Assembly (NCBI GenBank): GCA_026195275.1
Contig: JAPHQU010000001.1
Coordinates: 77,712 to 141,711, forward strand
Reading direction: 5' to 3'
Length of the DNA stretch: 64,000 nt
Source of the DNA: Minisyncoccota bacterium
Lineage (GTDB): Bacteria > Patescibacteriota > Minisyncoccia > Phycocordibacterales > JABMNX01
In this document: positions 39,280 through 48,916 of the stretch, piece after piece
Layout: every line of letters begins with the position of its first letter
Position numbering within the stretch: the stretch's first letter is position 1
Position numbers and translations under genes: made by a program
Notes under the pieces: model-generated
What the model saw: only the letters and a program-made list of their open reading frames with translations
Told to the model about the DNA's origin: nothing
Database searches by the model: none

Positions 39280-39692
39280 TCGTGTAAGTATACCAAAGAA
39301 AAAGAAACGGCTCGCGCACAATGCGCGAGCCAGGAAATGTGAAGGCGACGGAAATTGAGGGTCGACACTCTTTTACGAACAACGAACCCATTCCATTGAG
39401 TACCCTCCTCGTCAAAGAAGGCATACGAGTCATCGACCTTGCTTTTTTTGCCGTGGTAGAGACCAACTCCATACGGCAAGGGGACCGTGAACTCTTCCAC
39501 GAATCCATTGCCGAGAATCTGTTTTGCAAGCGACGGGTCGGTGAGTGCGACGCCGCAAATGTGATACTCATGCCGAAAGAAGTAGGTTTGAAAAGATTTT
39601 TCTTGGTGCGACGCTTTCACATGAAGGACGTAGCAGTCGTCGAGGAACACCTTTTTAATCCAGCTTCCCAGAAAGAGAACATATTTCAGCAT
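39276..39692 (-). CDS. hypothetical protein (138 aa)
   Basis: ATG 39692 with RBS GGGAG 7 nt upstream; stop abuts rnhA start; no recognisable motif. Confidence 0.45.
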   Translation of the reverse strand: MLKYVLFLGSWIKKVFLDDCYVLHVKASHQEKSFQTYFFRHEYHICGVALTDPSLAKQILGNGFVEEFTVPLPYGVGLYHGKKSKVDDSYAFFDEEGTQWNGFVVRKRVSTLNFRRLHISWLAHCARAVSFSLVYLHE

Positions 39693-39769
39693 GGTTTTTC
39701 TCCCTTTGTCTGTTTGATACGCCAGCTGTTCTAGAAAAGATAGTAACATCCTTTCACAGGATGTCAAAT

Positions 39770-41491
39770 CTAGCGAATGTCCACAATACGAAGCCGGAGT
39801 TCGGGAGACCGTCCAAAGGTTGAGCGCTCAATGTGCGCAACCACATTAACATTCTTCCCCGGCGCAATATCGACTTCGAAACTTTCTTCAGTGCGGAAAA
39901 ACGCAATCGCCGGAATAACTCTTCCGTTATCAGCGAGACACACCTCAAGATGATTCATGGTCTTCCCGAAACGTCGCACACTTTCAATTAGCACATTTTC
40001 GAACAGAAATATTGGTTTTGGATTACCTTCGCCAAACGGTGCAAGTTGATTGATTAACCGGTAGGTGCTCCACGACACATCAGCGGGCGTCAGTGTCGCA
40101 TCAACCTGTATCGACCCTTCTTTCTCGAGGGTTTCCACTTGTTCGTATGCTGTGTTAAGCACTGCTTCAAGTTCGTGCACACACTCACGAGTCACTGAAA
40201 AACCGCCGGAAAAGTGGTGTCCGCCAAAAGCAATAAGCGAGTGTGTTGCCGCCTTCATAAGTGAGACAACACTCACCTCTCCGTTTGAACGACATGACCC
40301 TTTAAGCACCCCACCACCTTCTTCTCCCCAGAGACACACTGTCTTTCCATGCTCATCTACAAGCGAGTTGGCGGCGAGTCCGAGGAGCGACGGCTTCCAT
40401 TTTGGGTTCCCCATCACAATAACCTCGCCAAGTGAGTCTCGCTCAGCAATTTCTTTCCTGATCTCGCGCACCATCGCGGCAACGACCCCTTTTCGCTCAT
40501 TATTGATCTTGTGCAAATGTTCTGCATACATACCACCCTCTGCCTCATCGCGGGTCGCAAGTAAATGAAACGCTTCATCCGGTCGGTCCATGCGGCTTGC
40601 CGCGTTGATGCGCGGAGCGATCATGAACCCAATATCATCTTCGGTAATCTCGTGTTGTTTCATCCACATCTTTCGGAATAATTTCATAAGCCCAGGGCGA
40701 GGCGATTTCCTGAGCACCATAAGACCATAGTGTGCGAGCACTCTATTCTCCCCCGTGAGCGGTACCATGTCGGCAACAGTTGCAATACCTACAACATCAA
40801 GGAGCCATTTCTCCCACCCTTCTGATATAGCAAAGTACTCACCCCCGAATTGTTTGTCCCCTTTTTGTATGAGCGCAGTGACCAGCTTCCACGCAACCCC
40901 CGCACCACAGAGCCCATCAAATGGGTAGGTGTCATCCGCCTGTTTGGCATTCACGATTGCGTAGGCCTCAGGCAACTCATCGCCCGGGAGGTGGTGATCG
41001 GTGATGATTACCTCAATACCAAGTTCGTTGGCATGCGCCACCGCATCAACATCAGTGATCCCAACATCAACAGTAATAATAAGTGAGACTCCTTGCTCAT
41101 TAAGTTTGTCTATTGCACACGCATTAAGCCCGTACCCCTCTTCGTGTCGGTGTGGGATGTAGTTGGTAAACTTCTTGTATTCGACTTTTTTGAAAAAGTC
41201 GTGAAGCACCACGCCGCCGGGGATACCATCGCAGTCAAAATCGCTGTATATCGCAATCATCTCTTTGTTTTTCATTGCCACGAGAATGCGATCAACCGCG
41301 CGACCCATATCTTTCATTAAAAAAGGGTCGTGAAGATGTTTTCCATAATCGGGATGTAAAAAATGTTCCGCTTCCTCGCGGGTCGCAATACCGCGGTTTG
41401 CGAGTAGTGTCCTCAAGAGCGACGGGTACACGTCAAGAGCATCCGATTCCTTTGTTTTCTCCTCCCGATTTTCTTGAGTACTAGTTGTCAT
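39770..41491 (-). CDS. recJ: single-stranded-DNA-specific exonuclease RecJ
   Basis: DHH motifs IAIYSDFDCDGIPGG, ITVDVGIT, ITDHH; DHHA1 domain; 573 aa. Confidence 0.9.
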   Translation of the reverse strand: MTTSTQENREEKTKESDALDVYPSLLRTLLANRGIATREEAEHFLHPDYGKHLHDPFLMKDMGRAVDRILVAMKNKEMIAIYSDFDCDGIPGGVVLHDFFKKVEYKKFTNYIPHRHEEGYGLNACAIDKLNEQGVSLIITVDVGITDVDAVAHANELGIEVIITDHHLPGDELPEAYAIVNAKQADDTYPFDGLCGAGVAWKLVTALIQKGDKQFGGEYFAISEGWEKWLLDVVGIATVADMVPLTGENRVLAHYGLMVLRKSPRPGLMKLFRKMWMKQHEITEDDIGFMIAPRINAASRMDRPDEAFHLLATRDEAEGGMYAEHLHKINNERKGVVAAMVREIRKEIAERDSLGEVIVMGNPKWKPSLLGLAANSLVDEHGKTVCLWGEEGGGVLKGSCRSNGEVSVVSLMKAATHSLIAFGGHHFSGGFSVTRECVHELEAVLNTAYEQVETLEKEGSIQVDATLTPADVSWSTYRLINQLAPFGEGNPKPIFLFENVLIESVRRFGKTMNHLEVCLADNGRVIPAIAFFRTEESFEVDIAPGKNVNVVAHIERSTFGRSPELRLRIVDIR

Positions 41492-41529
41492 TTTGGCTCA
41501 TTTTATCATACAATCAGCATACGACTGAT

Positions 41530-41934
41530 ATGGACGACCTATTCGACAAAATCATCCGTGGCGATGTGCCCTCCGAGAAGATTTACGAGGATGAGTACAC
41601 GTACGCATTCCTCGACATTAACCCAAACAACCCTGGGCATACACTCGTCGTGCCAAAGGTGCACTCAACAAACGTTCTCGATATCACCGAAGACGACTGG
41701 GTACACCTCATGAAGACAGTGCGTCTCCTCGCGCCCAAAGTGAAAGAGGCAATGGAGGCTGATGGGGTACATGTGTACATGAATAACGAGCCAACCGCAT
41801 TCCAAGAGATCATGCACACCCACGTGCATATCATCCCACGACACAAAGGTGATGGTTTCCATCCATGGAAAGGAACACCTTACAGTAGTGAAGAGATATC
41901 AAAGGTTGGAGACGCTATTCGCGCACTACTCTAA
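41530..41934 (+). CDS. HIT-family (histidine triad) nucleotide hydrolase
   Basis: HTHVHIIPRH histidine triad; ATG 41530 (track ORF starts at TTG 41485). Confidence 0.85.
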   Translation: MDDLFDKIIRGDVPSEKIYEDEYTYAFLDINPNNPGHTLVVPKVHSTNVLDITEDDWVHLMKTVRLLAPKVKEAMEADGVHVYMNNEPTAFQEIMHTHVHIIPRHKGDGFHPWKGTPYSSEEISKVGDAIRALL

Positions 41935-41942
41935 TCTCTGCA

Positions 41943-41976
41943 AAAAAGACGGCGACCTGAAGTCGCCGTTTTGATA
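41943..41976. terminator. bidirectional terminator GACGGCGAC-CTGAA-GTCGCCGTT + TTGATAT
   Basis: 9-bp stem after HIT gene. Confidence 0.5.
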
Positions 41977-42003
41977 TGTGTGCAAAAGAAAACTCGACAC
42001 ACC

Positions 42004-42144
42004 CTAGAGAACACCGAGAAGGAGAGAGGCAACGAAAAAGATCATGACCACTGCACCGATTGCGCCAACAAGCCGGCTTTTTGTGTTGCTTTCCTCTTTC
42101 CGTTGATAGGGCACACCGACACCGAAATTCTCCTGGTCTCCCAT
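42004..42144 (-). CDS. 46-aa tail-anchored small membrane protein, hypothetical
   Basis: ATG 42144 with RBS GGAGG 6 nt upstream; MGDQENFGVGVPYQRKEESNTKSRLVGAIGAVVMIFFVASLLLGVL. Confidence 0.4.
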   Translation of the reverse strand: MGDQENFGVGVPYQRKEESNTKSRLVGAIGAVVMIFFVASLLLGVL

Positions 42145-42209
42145 ACCACACCTCCTCAAAGTAGTTTCTATTACTAAACTCACTATAACAAAAAGCGACA
42201 AATCCGCCA

Positions 42210-43331
42210 CTAGTGACCATCTTCGAGCGCCTCTATCCCCGGCAGAGTGCCATGAAGAAGAAATTCAAGCATTGCACCACCACCTGTTGAGACAAAAGAA
42301 AACTTGTCACGAAGCCCCAACTGCGAAACTGCCGCGACTGTGTCACCACCCCCAATCACACAACGTGCGTCGCTTTCAACAATTGCGTGCGTCAGCGCAT
42401 CAGTACCCTCTGTAAACCCGTGCTCATACTCACCCAGCGGTCCGTTCCAAAGCACAAATCGCGCCTGCGCAATCTTATCTCTAAGGAGCTCTGCGGTCGC
42501 CGGACCTGCGTCAAGAATACGCTCACCTTTCTCTATCTCATCAAGACGTCGAATCTGGTTCTTGCCACTATCAGAGACAACAACATCAATCGGGAGTGAC
42601 ACATTCGGGAGTGAACCCAGACCGGACATATCAACGTCGGCACCTGAAATGAGTGAGTCCCCGATCTCAAAACCTTGTGCACGGAAAAAATTGTTGGCAA
42701 GCGCGCCGCAGACAAAGACCTCGTCGTAGATTCGGCTGAACTTTTCGATGAGCGGGAACTTGGTCTCAAACTTTATGCCACCAAGAATAAAGATTGATGC
42801 ATCCTCCGGTTGAAGAGAATGTGTGAGCGCCTCAATCTCCTCGCGCAAACGCAGCCCGCCATAATGTGGCAGATATCGAGGAACTCCAATTATTGACGCG
42901 TGCTCACGGTGCGACGCGGCAAACGCGTCGTTCACATACACGTCTGCCAAAGAAGCGAGTTCGCGCGCAAAGTCGTCATTGTTATCAACTTCACGCGGGT
43001 CACGACGCACATTCTCAAGCAACAATATCTCTCCATCTTCAAGTCTCTCAACGGCAGATCGAGCAACATCGCCAACAATGTCTTCGACAAAGCTTATCGG
43101 GACGTGTTTTCTGAGTTCGCGATATATTGGTTCAATCGAAAGCGCATCACGCCCAAAATGACTGAGTATAATGACCTTTGCTCCCGCATCACGCAAGAAT
43201 AATAGCGTCGGGAGCAACACGGTCACGCGAAACGCGTCAACAACCTGACCATCCACAACTGGCGCATTGTAATCAGCGCGGAGCAATACGCGTTTTCCGG
43301 AGAGGTCTGTTACATTATCGATCCATTGCAT
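42210..43331 (-). CDS. pgk: phosphoglycerate kinase
   Basis: VLLRADYNAP..., GPLGEYEHGFTEGT, GGGDTVAAV motifs; 373 aa. Confidence 0.9.
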   Translation of the reverse strand: MQWIDNVTDLSGKRVLLRADYNAPVVDGQVVDAFRVTVLLPTLLFLRDAGAKVIILSHFGRDALSIEPIYRELRKHVPISFVEDIVGDVARSAVERLEDGEILLLENVRRDPREVDNNDDFARELASLADVYVNDAFAASHREHASIIGVPRYLPHYGGLRLREEIEALTHSLQPEDASIFILGGIKFETKFPLIEKFSRIYDEVFVCGALANNFFRAQGFEIGDSLISGADVDMSGLGSLPNVSLPIDVVVSDSGKNQIRRLDEIEKGERILDAGPATAELLRDKIAQARFVLWNGPLGEYEHGFTEGTDALTHAIVESDARCVIGGGDTVAAVSQLGLRDKFSFVSTGGGAMLEFLLHGTLPGIEALEDGH

Positions 43332-43335
43332 GTTT

Positions 43336-44118
43336 TCACTTCACGCCACCTTGGGCAAATTTAAGTATTTCATTAAAACTCTTTGCCGACAGGCTCGCAT
43401 GACCAACCAGAAGCCCGTCTACCTCGCCTTCCGCGAGAAGCGTGGCCACATTCCCCGGCTCAACTGATCCGCCATAGATAACCGGTAACCGAAACGCCAC
43501 CTGCTTCTTATAAAGCTCAGTAATGATCTTCCTTATAAAGAGAACGGTTTCGTGTAATTCATCGGGCTGCATAGCAGCTCCCTCGCCTTTACCGATTGCC
43601 CAGATTGGTTCGTACGCGATAACGATGCGTACGAGTTGCCGTTCGCTCACCCCTTTGAGTGCCTTCGTGATCTGACTTCGCAGGAAAGTAAGATGTGTAC
43701 CCTCACGATGATCACGGTCGGACTCACCGACACACACTACTGGTGTAATGCCCGCCTTAAGTGCGGCAAGCACCTTTCGATTAACCGCCTGGTCGTCCTC
43801 TCCCTGCGCCCTTCGCTCTGAGTGTCCCAAAATGACATACGTTGCTCCGATGTCTTTGAGCATTTTTGGACTCACCTCACCTGTATATGAACCTTTCTCC
43901 TCCCAGAACATATTTTGTGCACTAAGGAGAATACGATGACCACGATAGAGTGATGAGAGAATCGGAAGATATATTGACGGCGGTGCAATGACTGTCTGCA
44001 CCTTCGCAAGTTTGCTCGCCATCTGTTTTACCTCAGCAAAAAGCCGTTTTGCATCAGCCGCGCTTTGCGGGTTCATCTTCCAATTGGCAATAATGAGTTT
44101 TTTCCGTACTTTTGACAT
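43336..44118 (-). CDS. tpiA: triosephosphate isomerase
   Basis: start MSKVRKKLIIANWKMN (ATG 44118, TACAAT 8 nt upstream); catalytic contexts NWKMN, GHSERR, AYEPIWAIGTG-like. Confidence 0.9.
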   Translation of the reverse strand: MSKVRKKLIIANWKMNPQSAADAKRLFAEVKQMASKLAKVQTVIAPPSIYLPILSSLYRGHRILLSAQNMFWEEKGSYTGEVSPKMLKDIGATYVILGHSERRAQGEDDQAVNRKVLAALKAGITPVVCVGESDRDHREGTHLTFLRSQITKALKGVSERQLVRIVIAYEPIWAIGKGEGAAMQPDELHETVLFIRKIITELYKKQVAFRLPVIYGGSVEPGNVATLLAEGEVDGLLVGHASLSAKSFNEILKFAQGGVK

Positions 44119-44302
44119 TGCCACTATTGTAGCATGCTCGTAGAACGGAGTAGCTATGAGACGTCCACTGTTTATGCCGTCTGTTCCGCATACCAATAAA
44201 CGCCAAGCACGTCCCTGGCGTTTACCAAACAAGCGCTTCCCAGAGCCATAATAAACGCCAACCTGAGGTTGGCGTTTATTTTCTCTAGCTTTCAGAGGTG
44301 GA

Positions 44303-45718
44303 CTACAGCTCTTCTCGCCACTCTATAAAATTAAAATCATCGCTTGTGTACGGCGTGAGTGGTGGCGGATCTTTTGCTTGTGTGCGGTCGTATGAACTGT
44401 TTCGGGTGTTGTACCCGGAACAATAGACACCATTACAGTTCCACTTGGTGCCAACACGACCATTGGAGACAATGGTTCCACTGATCGTAAGCGAGTTCTT
44501 GTATGCATCGTCTGGATTGTATTCCTCGGCTGCGTCGTAGTAGTTGCGGCCAAAATGACCGGTTTGTGCGATAAAGATACCGCGAATCGATAGGTCATTC
44601 GGGGATACCGCCGGTATCAAGATATCCTCCTCAGCAATGACTGTGAGTCCATCGGTCCCCGCAAGTGTTGAGTAATTGATATCGCCTTCTATAATGATGT
44701 CTGTTTCAATATTTGCGTTCACGAGATCAGCTGACGCAATGGTGATCTTCCCCTTTACTGTTCCTTCAATCCAAAGTTTGTCTTCAACAAAGACAAGACT
44801 GCAATCAGCCGGTGGTGTGTAGCTCTGCAGGAACGTCTCTGAGAGTATTGTGTTGTACTCTTGCTCCCACCCCCACTGCGAACTGTATCCCCAATCACCA
44901 TTGCCGGCACTGTCAACGCGATATACATCCAGGGTGCCGTCACTCTGAAAGACTACATGATATCCATACGCACCGGAGTCGCCAAGATAGATACCGCCAC
45001 TTCCCGCGAGCGTCTTCATTGTTGAGAGGTCAGCGGTAATCCCCGCAAAATCGATTTGCGCAACGGGGAAATCCCAGAGATGTGAGTTTGGGCCAACGCC
45101 AAAGATACCATCTTCGGTTGAGTCTGGGTCACAGTCAAACGTTGCGGTGCATGTCCAACTTGCAACTGCACTCTCGACCAGCGATTGATTCTCCCCATCC
45201 ATACGGATGCCGCCATTTGAATGGTAGCGCCCCATAATAGTTCGGTCTTCTCCCGCCCACACATTTCCATTAACGATGTAGGCATATTCAGCAACAGACG
45301 GGTGTGCGTACCGTCCAAAGATGACTCGCGTGAGTGAAGTGTCGTCGCTTGTCCAGCCAGTTGAAGTAATGTCAATCGAGGTGACTACGCCGCACTGCGT
45401 GTTGCCTTCAACATCGAGAGAGAAGGTGCCAATCTCACCACTCTCCGGATCATTGTAGGTGTGCTCATATGGACCACTCGCTCCCGTGCCGTCTTGGAGA
45501 TCATCAGGGAAATGTGCAAGAAACCACTTGTAGTAATCAAGTCCGGCCTCAGCAATCGCTCCGGCCTTCTCTCGGTTCTCTTTGGAGAACTGTACTTTGT
45601 TTTGAATGAAGATATACCCTGAGAGTGATGAGACGACAACAAAGAACACGCCGGCAAATACCAAAACAAGAATTGTGATGTAGCCACCGTATTTTGTTTG
45701 TCTATCCTGGTATGTCAT
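44303..45718 (-). CDS. hypothetical large exported protein with N-terminal membrane anchor, last gene of type IV pilus operon
   Basis: start MTYQDRQTKYGGYITILVLVFAG (ATG 45718); no class-III signal motif; Ser/Thr/Gly/Asp-rich extracellular region. Confidence 0.5.
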   Translation of the reverse strand: MTYQDRQTKYGGYITILVLVFAGVFFVVVSSLSGYIFIQNKVQFSKENREKAGAIAEAGLDYYKWFLAHFPDDLQDGTGASGPYEHTYNDPESGEIGTFSLDVEGNTQCGVVTSIDITSTGWTSDDTSLTRVIFGRYAHPSVAEYAYIVNGNVWAGEDRTIMGRYHSNGGIRMDGENQSLVESAVASWTCTATFDCDPDSTEDGIFGVGPNSHLWDFPVAQIDFAGITADLSTMKTLAGSGGIYLGDSGAYGYHVVFQSDGTLDVYRVDSAGNGDWGYSSQWGWEQEYNTILSETFLQSYTPPADCSLVFVEDKLWIEGTVKGKITIASADLVNANIETDIIIEGDINYSTLAGTDGLTVIAEEDILIPAVSPNDLSIRGIFIAQTGHFGRNYYDAAEEYNPDDAYKNSLTISGTIVSNGRVGTKWNCNGVYCSGYNTRNSSYDRTQAKDPPPLTPYTSDDFNFIEWREEL

Positions 45719-45725
45719 ATCGAGA

Positions 45726-46325
45726 TTATTCATCACGCAGGTTGCGCAAAGTGGCACTTGACCGAAGTGTGTAGTTGTTTGGCAAGCGTGATGGGTTAAC
45801 ATTAACGACCACCTCTGCTTTGATGAAGCGCACATCGGTCGTGCTTGCTGTGCTAATCTCACTCCCCGCGCCATTGTAATAAGTGAAGATATCGATCGAC
45901 TCAGCATTATTCCTCACATTGTCGGATATTGTTGATACTTCCTCCTCTACATCGTTATACGTTAGCGGGTCACCAGCTGAATCCGTCACGCCACGCTTGA
46001 GGTCGGTGCCATCAAGGAAGTAACGCACCCGCTCGATGAAAATATCAGAATCAACATCGCTATAGAAAGTGATGGTGGAGGTGGCTATGGAGACAATTGG
46101 GTACGCTCCCTCGTCTGAGAAAGTCGCCTCTCGTATATCTTTGACCATTCCCTCGATTCCTTTTCGCGCACTTTGAACCGCGAACGACTGCTCAAGCGCA
46201 TGCGTGTTCGAGCGATAGAAAAAACCGATAGAAGCGACCAGTGCGCCGAGTACAATAATGAACACCCCAAGAACCATAAGTGTTTCAAGTAGTGTGAAGC
46301 CTTTTTGGCGAGATATATGTATCAT
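45726..46325 (-). CDS. type IV prepilin-like protein (class III signal MIHISRQKG|FTLLETLMVLGV)
   Basis: canonical prepilin peptidase site G|FTLLE with Glu+5 and hydrophobic helix. Confidence 0.8.
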   Translation of the reverse strand: MIHISRQKGFTLLETLMVLGVFIIVLGALVASIGFFYRSNTHALEQSFAVQSARKGIEGMVKDIREATFSDEGAYPIVSIATSTITFYSDVDSDIFIERVRYFLDGTDLKRGVTDSAGDPLTYNDVEEEVSTISDNVRNNAESIDIFTYYNGAGSEISTASTTDVRFIKAEVVVNVNPSRLPNNYTLRSSATLRNLRDE

Positions 46326-46327
46326 AC

Positions 46328-47680
46328 TTAGCTACTTGAGAGGATAACATGAAGCATCGACGCACCGTCTATCTCAACATTGTTTACCGTCTTCGCGGTA
46401 TACCCAGAGAGAGAAACATCAGCGGTGTACGAGTTGCCACCATCAATGGTTCCTGAGGAAAGACTGTCATCAAAGAACGTCTGCCCACACTCCCCGGTAC
46501 TCTGCGTCGTATCATACCCACTGCGATAGAGGCGCACCGAGGCGCCGGAAAGCAAATTGTCGCTTGCGTCTTTCACATCGACCAAGAGTGAGTGTGCGAC
46601 ATCAGGGGCAAGATAGATCGATACTGTCTCACTCGCACCAGGAGAAAGGTCTGCCGGCTGTGGCTGACACGACTCAGCGATATCATACCCCGTGGCGGTG
46701 TCGTCTATCTCAATGGTGTATTCATCCCATTCGAGTGAGGTGGTGGTTACGCTGCCTGAGGCGCCGGTGTTAATTGTGCTTTCATATTTATAGATTGGGT
46801 TACTCTCACTGTCCGTACCAATGGTCTTTGAACCACGGACCGAGAACGGAATATTTGGAAGTGGTGTCGTTGTACCAACCTCAAACGTCTCAACCGTTAT
46901 CTGGCCAAGCACGTCAATCGAGAAGGACTGTGACGTGGTATTGGATTCGGTGACGGTCAGGTGACCCGGGCTTGGATTAGGGTTACTGCCCGATATCGAG
47001 TATGTTTGTGAGCCACTGTATCCGCTTTTACTTACGGTGATCTCGTAGTCACTTCCTGCAGGTGCGCCAGGAAACTCAACAACACCCGCTGTGCTGCTAT
47101 ACGTAGAGAGAGCGACAGCCGGACTCACCGATGAATTTGCCACTGAGACTAGCGCACTAGGAACCACACCCCCGAAAGCGTCGAGCACTGTTATCTTCAA
47201 AGTCCCACCGCCGACGACACTCTCTACACTCGACGGTACGATATTTGTTGCCAAAGAAAATTCTCGTGTCTCACCGCGAAGATCCCACGACACAACCGTC
47301 TTCACCACTTTATAGTCAGTGGTGATACCGTTCTCGTCAGAACCGCCAGAGCCATCCTCAGGTGCGTCAACATACCGCACAAAAGTACGCCGCGTATAGG
47401 TGACGCCGTTGAACATCTCCTCCTCTTCTTCTGCCAAGATACCCGCGGGAATACCGCCAACCGTTCCGACATCATCGTATGAGAGTGAGCGAATATACTC
47501 GACACGTTCGTGCGCGAGCGCGAGCGCACCGGTCTTTAGTTTGACACTCTGGACCAACTCAAGGGAAAGCTTGAATGCACCAAACAGTCCGAGGAAGACA
47601 ACAAGAAGAATCGCGGTCCCAAATACCGTGTCGATCATTGACATACCTTTTTGTGTGCTCAATCGAGGTTTATACACCAT
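46328..47680 (-). CDS. large pilin-like protein (prepilin-type N-terminus QKG|MSMIDTVFGTAILLVV + Ig/CarboxypepD_reg-like repeats)
   Basis: 450 aa; N-terminal class-III-like signal with Asp at +5, Ser/Thr-rich beta-rich remainder. Confidence 0.6.
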   Translation of the reverse strand: MVYKPRLSTQKGMSMIDTVFGTAILLVVFLGLFGAFKLSLELVQSVKLKTGALALAHERVEYIRSLSYDDVGTVGGIPAGILAEEEEEMFNGVTYTRRTFVRYVDAPEDGSGGSDENGITTDYKVVKTVVSWDLRGETREFSLATNIVPSSVESVVGGGTLKITVLDAFGGVVPSALVSVANSSVSPAVALSTYSSTAGVVEFPGAPAGSDYEITVSKSGYSGSQTYSISGSNPNPSPGHLTVTESNTTSQSFSIDVLGQITVETFEVGTTTPLPNIPFSVRGSKTIGTDSESNPIYKYESTINTGASGSVTTTSLEWDEYTIEIDDTATGYDIAESCQPQPADLSPGASETVSIYLAPDVAHSLLVDVKDASDNLLSGASVRLYRSGYDTTQSTGECGQTFFDDSLSSGTIDGGNSYTADVSLSGYTAKTVNNVEIDGASMLHVILSSS

Positions 47681-47695
47681 AGAGTAAAACCAACG

Positions 47696-48910
47696 CTAAA
47701 TACTTTCAGAGAGCGAGTAGATCGGTGAGATCATCGAAAGCGCAAAGAAACCGACAAAAGTACCGATTACTATCATAAGGAATGGTTCAATGATGGTCGA
47801 CATATCTTTTGTCTTTTGCTCAACCTCTTCCTCAAAGAATTCCGCGACTCGCAACAACATGTCAGGCAACTTCCCCGTCTCTTCTCCAACTGAGATCATC
47901 TCGCCAACCAAGATCGGGTAGAGATGTTCGTTTTCCGCAAACGCTCCCGAGAGCGATGCACCTTTTTGCACGTCGTGCTCTGCTCGCTTGAGCACCTCGC
48001 GGTAATACGAGTTCTGCATCACATCGCTCGTGATTGAGATTGCAGTAACAATCTCCACTCCGGAAGAGAGTAAGGAGGCGAACGTACGCGCAGTACGCGC
48101 TGCATACACCTCTTTCACCAAAGGGCCGACAATCGGAATATGAAGGTAGGTGAACTCCCATGCGCGTCTTCCTTGAGGTTGGCGAAGTCCAAGATAAAAC
48201 AGACCGCCGAGTGCGAGCGGAATAAGGAGTGCGAGCAGTGTGTTGTGAGTGAGAAAATCGCTCACTCCAATAACCGCTTGTGTACTCTTTGGCAACTCAG
48301 CGCCAAGCTCGTTGAATGTCTGGGTCAATGTTGGCACCACATAGATAAGCATCAAAACACCGATTATGATCATGGCTATAATGATGATGCTTGGGTACAT
48401 GAGCGCACCGCGGATCTTCCGTTTCAGCGTATAGGAACGCTCAAGTTGTCTACCGATAAGCGAGAGTGCATACGAGAGCTTCCCACTCTCCTCACCTGCG
48501 CGCACCATTGAGACAAAAAGTGGCGAGAAGACTTTGGGGAATTCACCGAGCGCACCATGGAAGCTTCCACCAGCTTTGATGTTGCGGTTGAGCGACGAGA
48601 GAACGATCTTTAATTTTGGATTTCTTGTCTGTCGCTCCAAAACCGCAAGTGAACGAGAGAGTGAGAGACCCGCGTCAATCATTGCACCAAGATTTCGTGT
48701 TACAACGATCTTCTCATGTTCACGCACCGCGCCAAAGACCTCATTAAACCACTCCATTGAGAAACGGCGACTCCCCGCCTCCACTACCTCAAGAACCTCT
48801 CCGCCTTCTTCGCGGATGCGCGTGTAGAGTGCAAATTTATCCAGTGCACTTATCGTGCCTTTGTAGACCTCTCCTTCTTTATTCTTTGCTTTATAGTGAA
48901 ATTCGGTCAT
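47696..48910 (-). CDS. pilC: type IV pilus assembly platform protein PilC (GspF family)
   Basis: 404 aa, two T2SSF-like repeats with 3 TM helices. Confidence 0.85.
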   Translation of the reverse strand: MTEFHYKAKNKEGEVYKGTISALDKFALYTRIREEGGEVLEVVEAGSRRFSMEWFNEVFGAVREHEKIVVTRNLGAMIDAGLSLSRSLAVLERQTRNPKLKIVLSSLNRNIKAGGSFHGALGEFPKVFSPLFVSMVRAGEESGKLSYALSLIGRQLERSYTLKRKIRGALMYPSIIIIAMIIIGVLMLIYVVPTLTQTFNELGAELPKSTQAVIGVSDFLTHNTLLALLIPLALGGLFYLGLRQPQGRRAWEFTYLHIPIVGPLVKEVYAARTARTFASLLSSGVEIVTAISITSDVMQNSYYREVLKRAEHDVQKGASLSGAFAENEHLYPILVGEMISVGEETGKLPDMLLRVAEFFEEEVEQKTKDMSTIIEPFLMIVIGTFVGFFALSMISPIYSLSESI

Positions 48911-48916
48911 ACAACT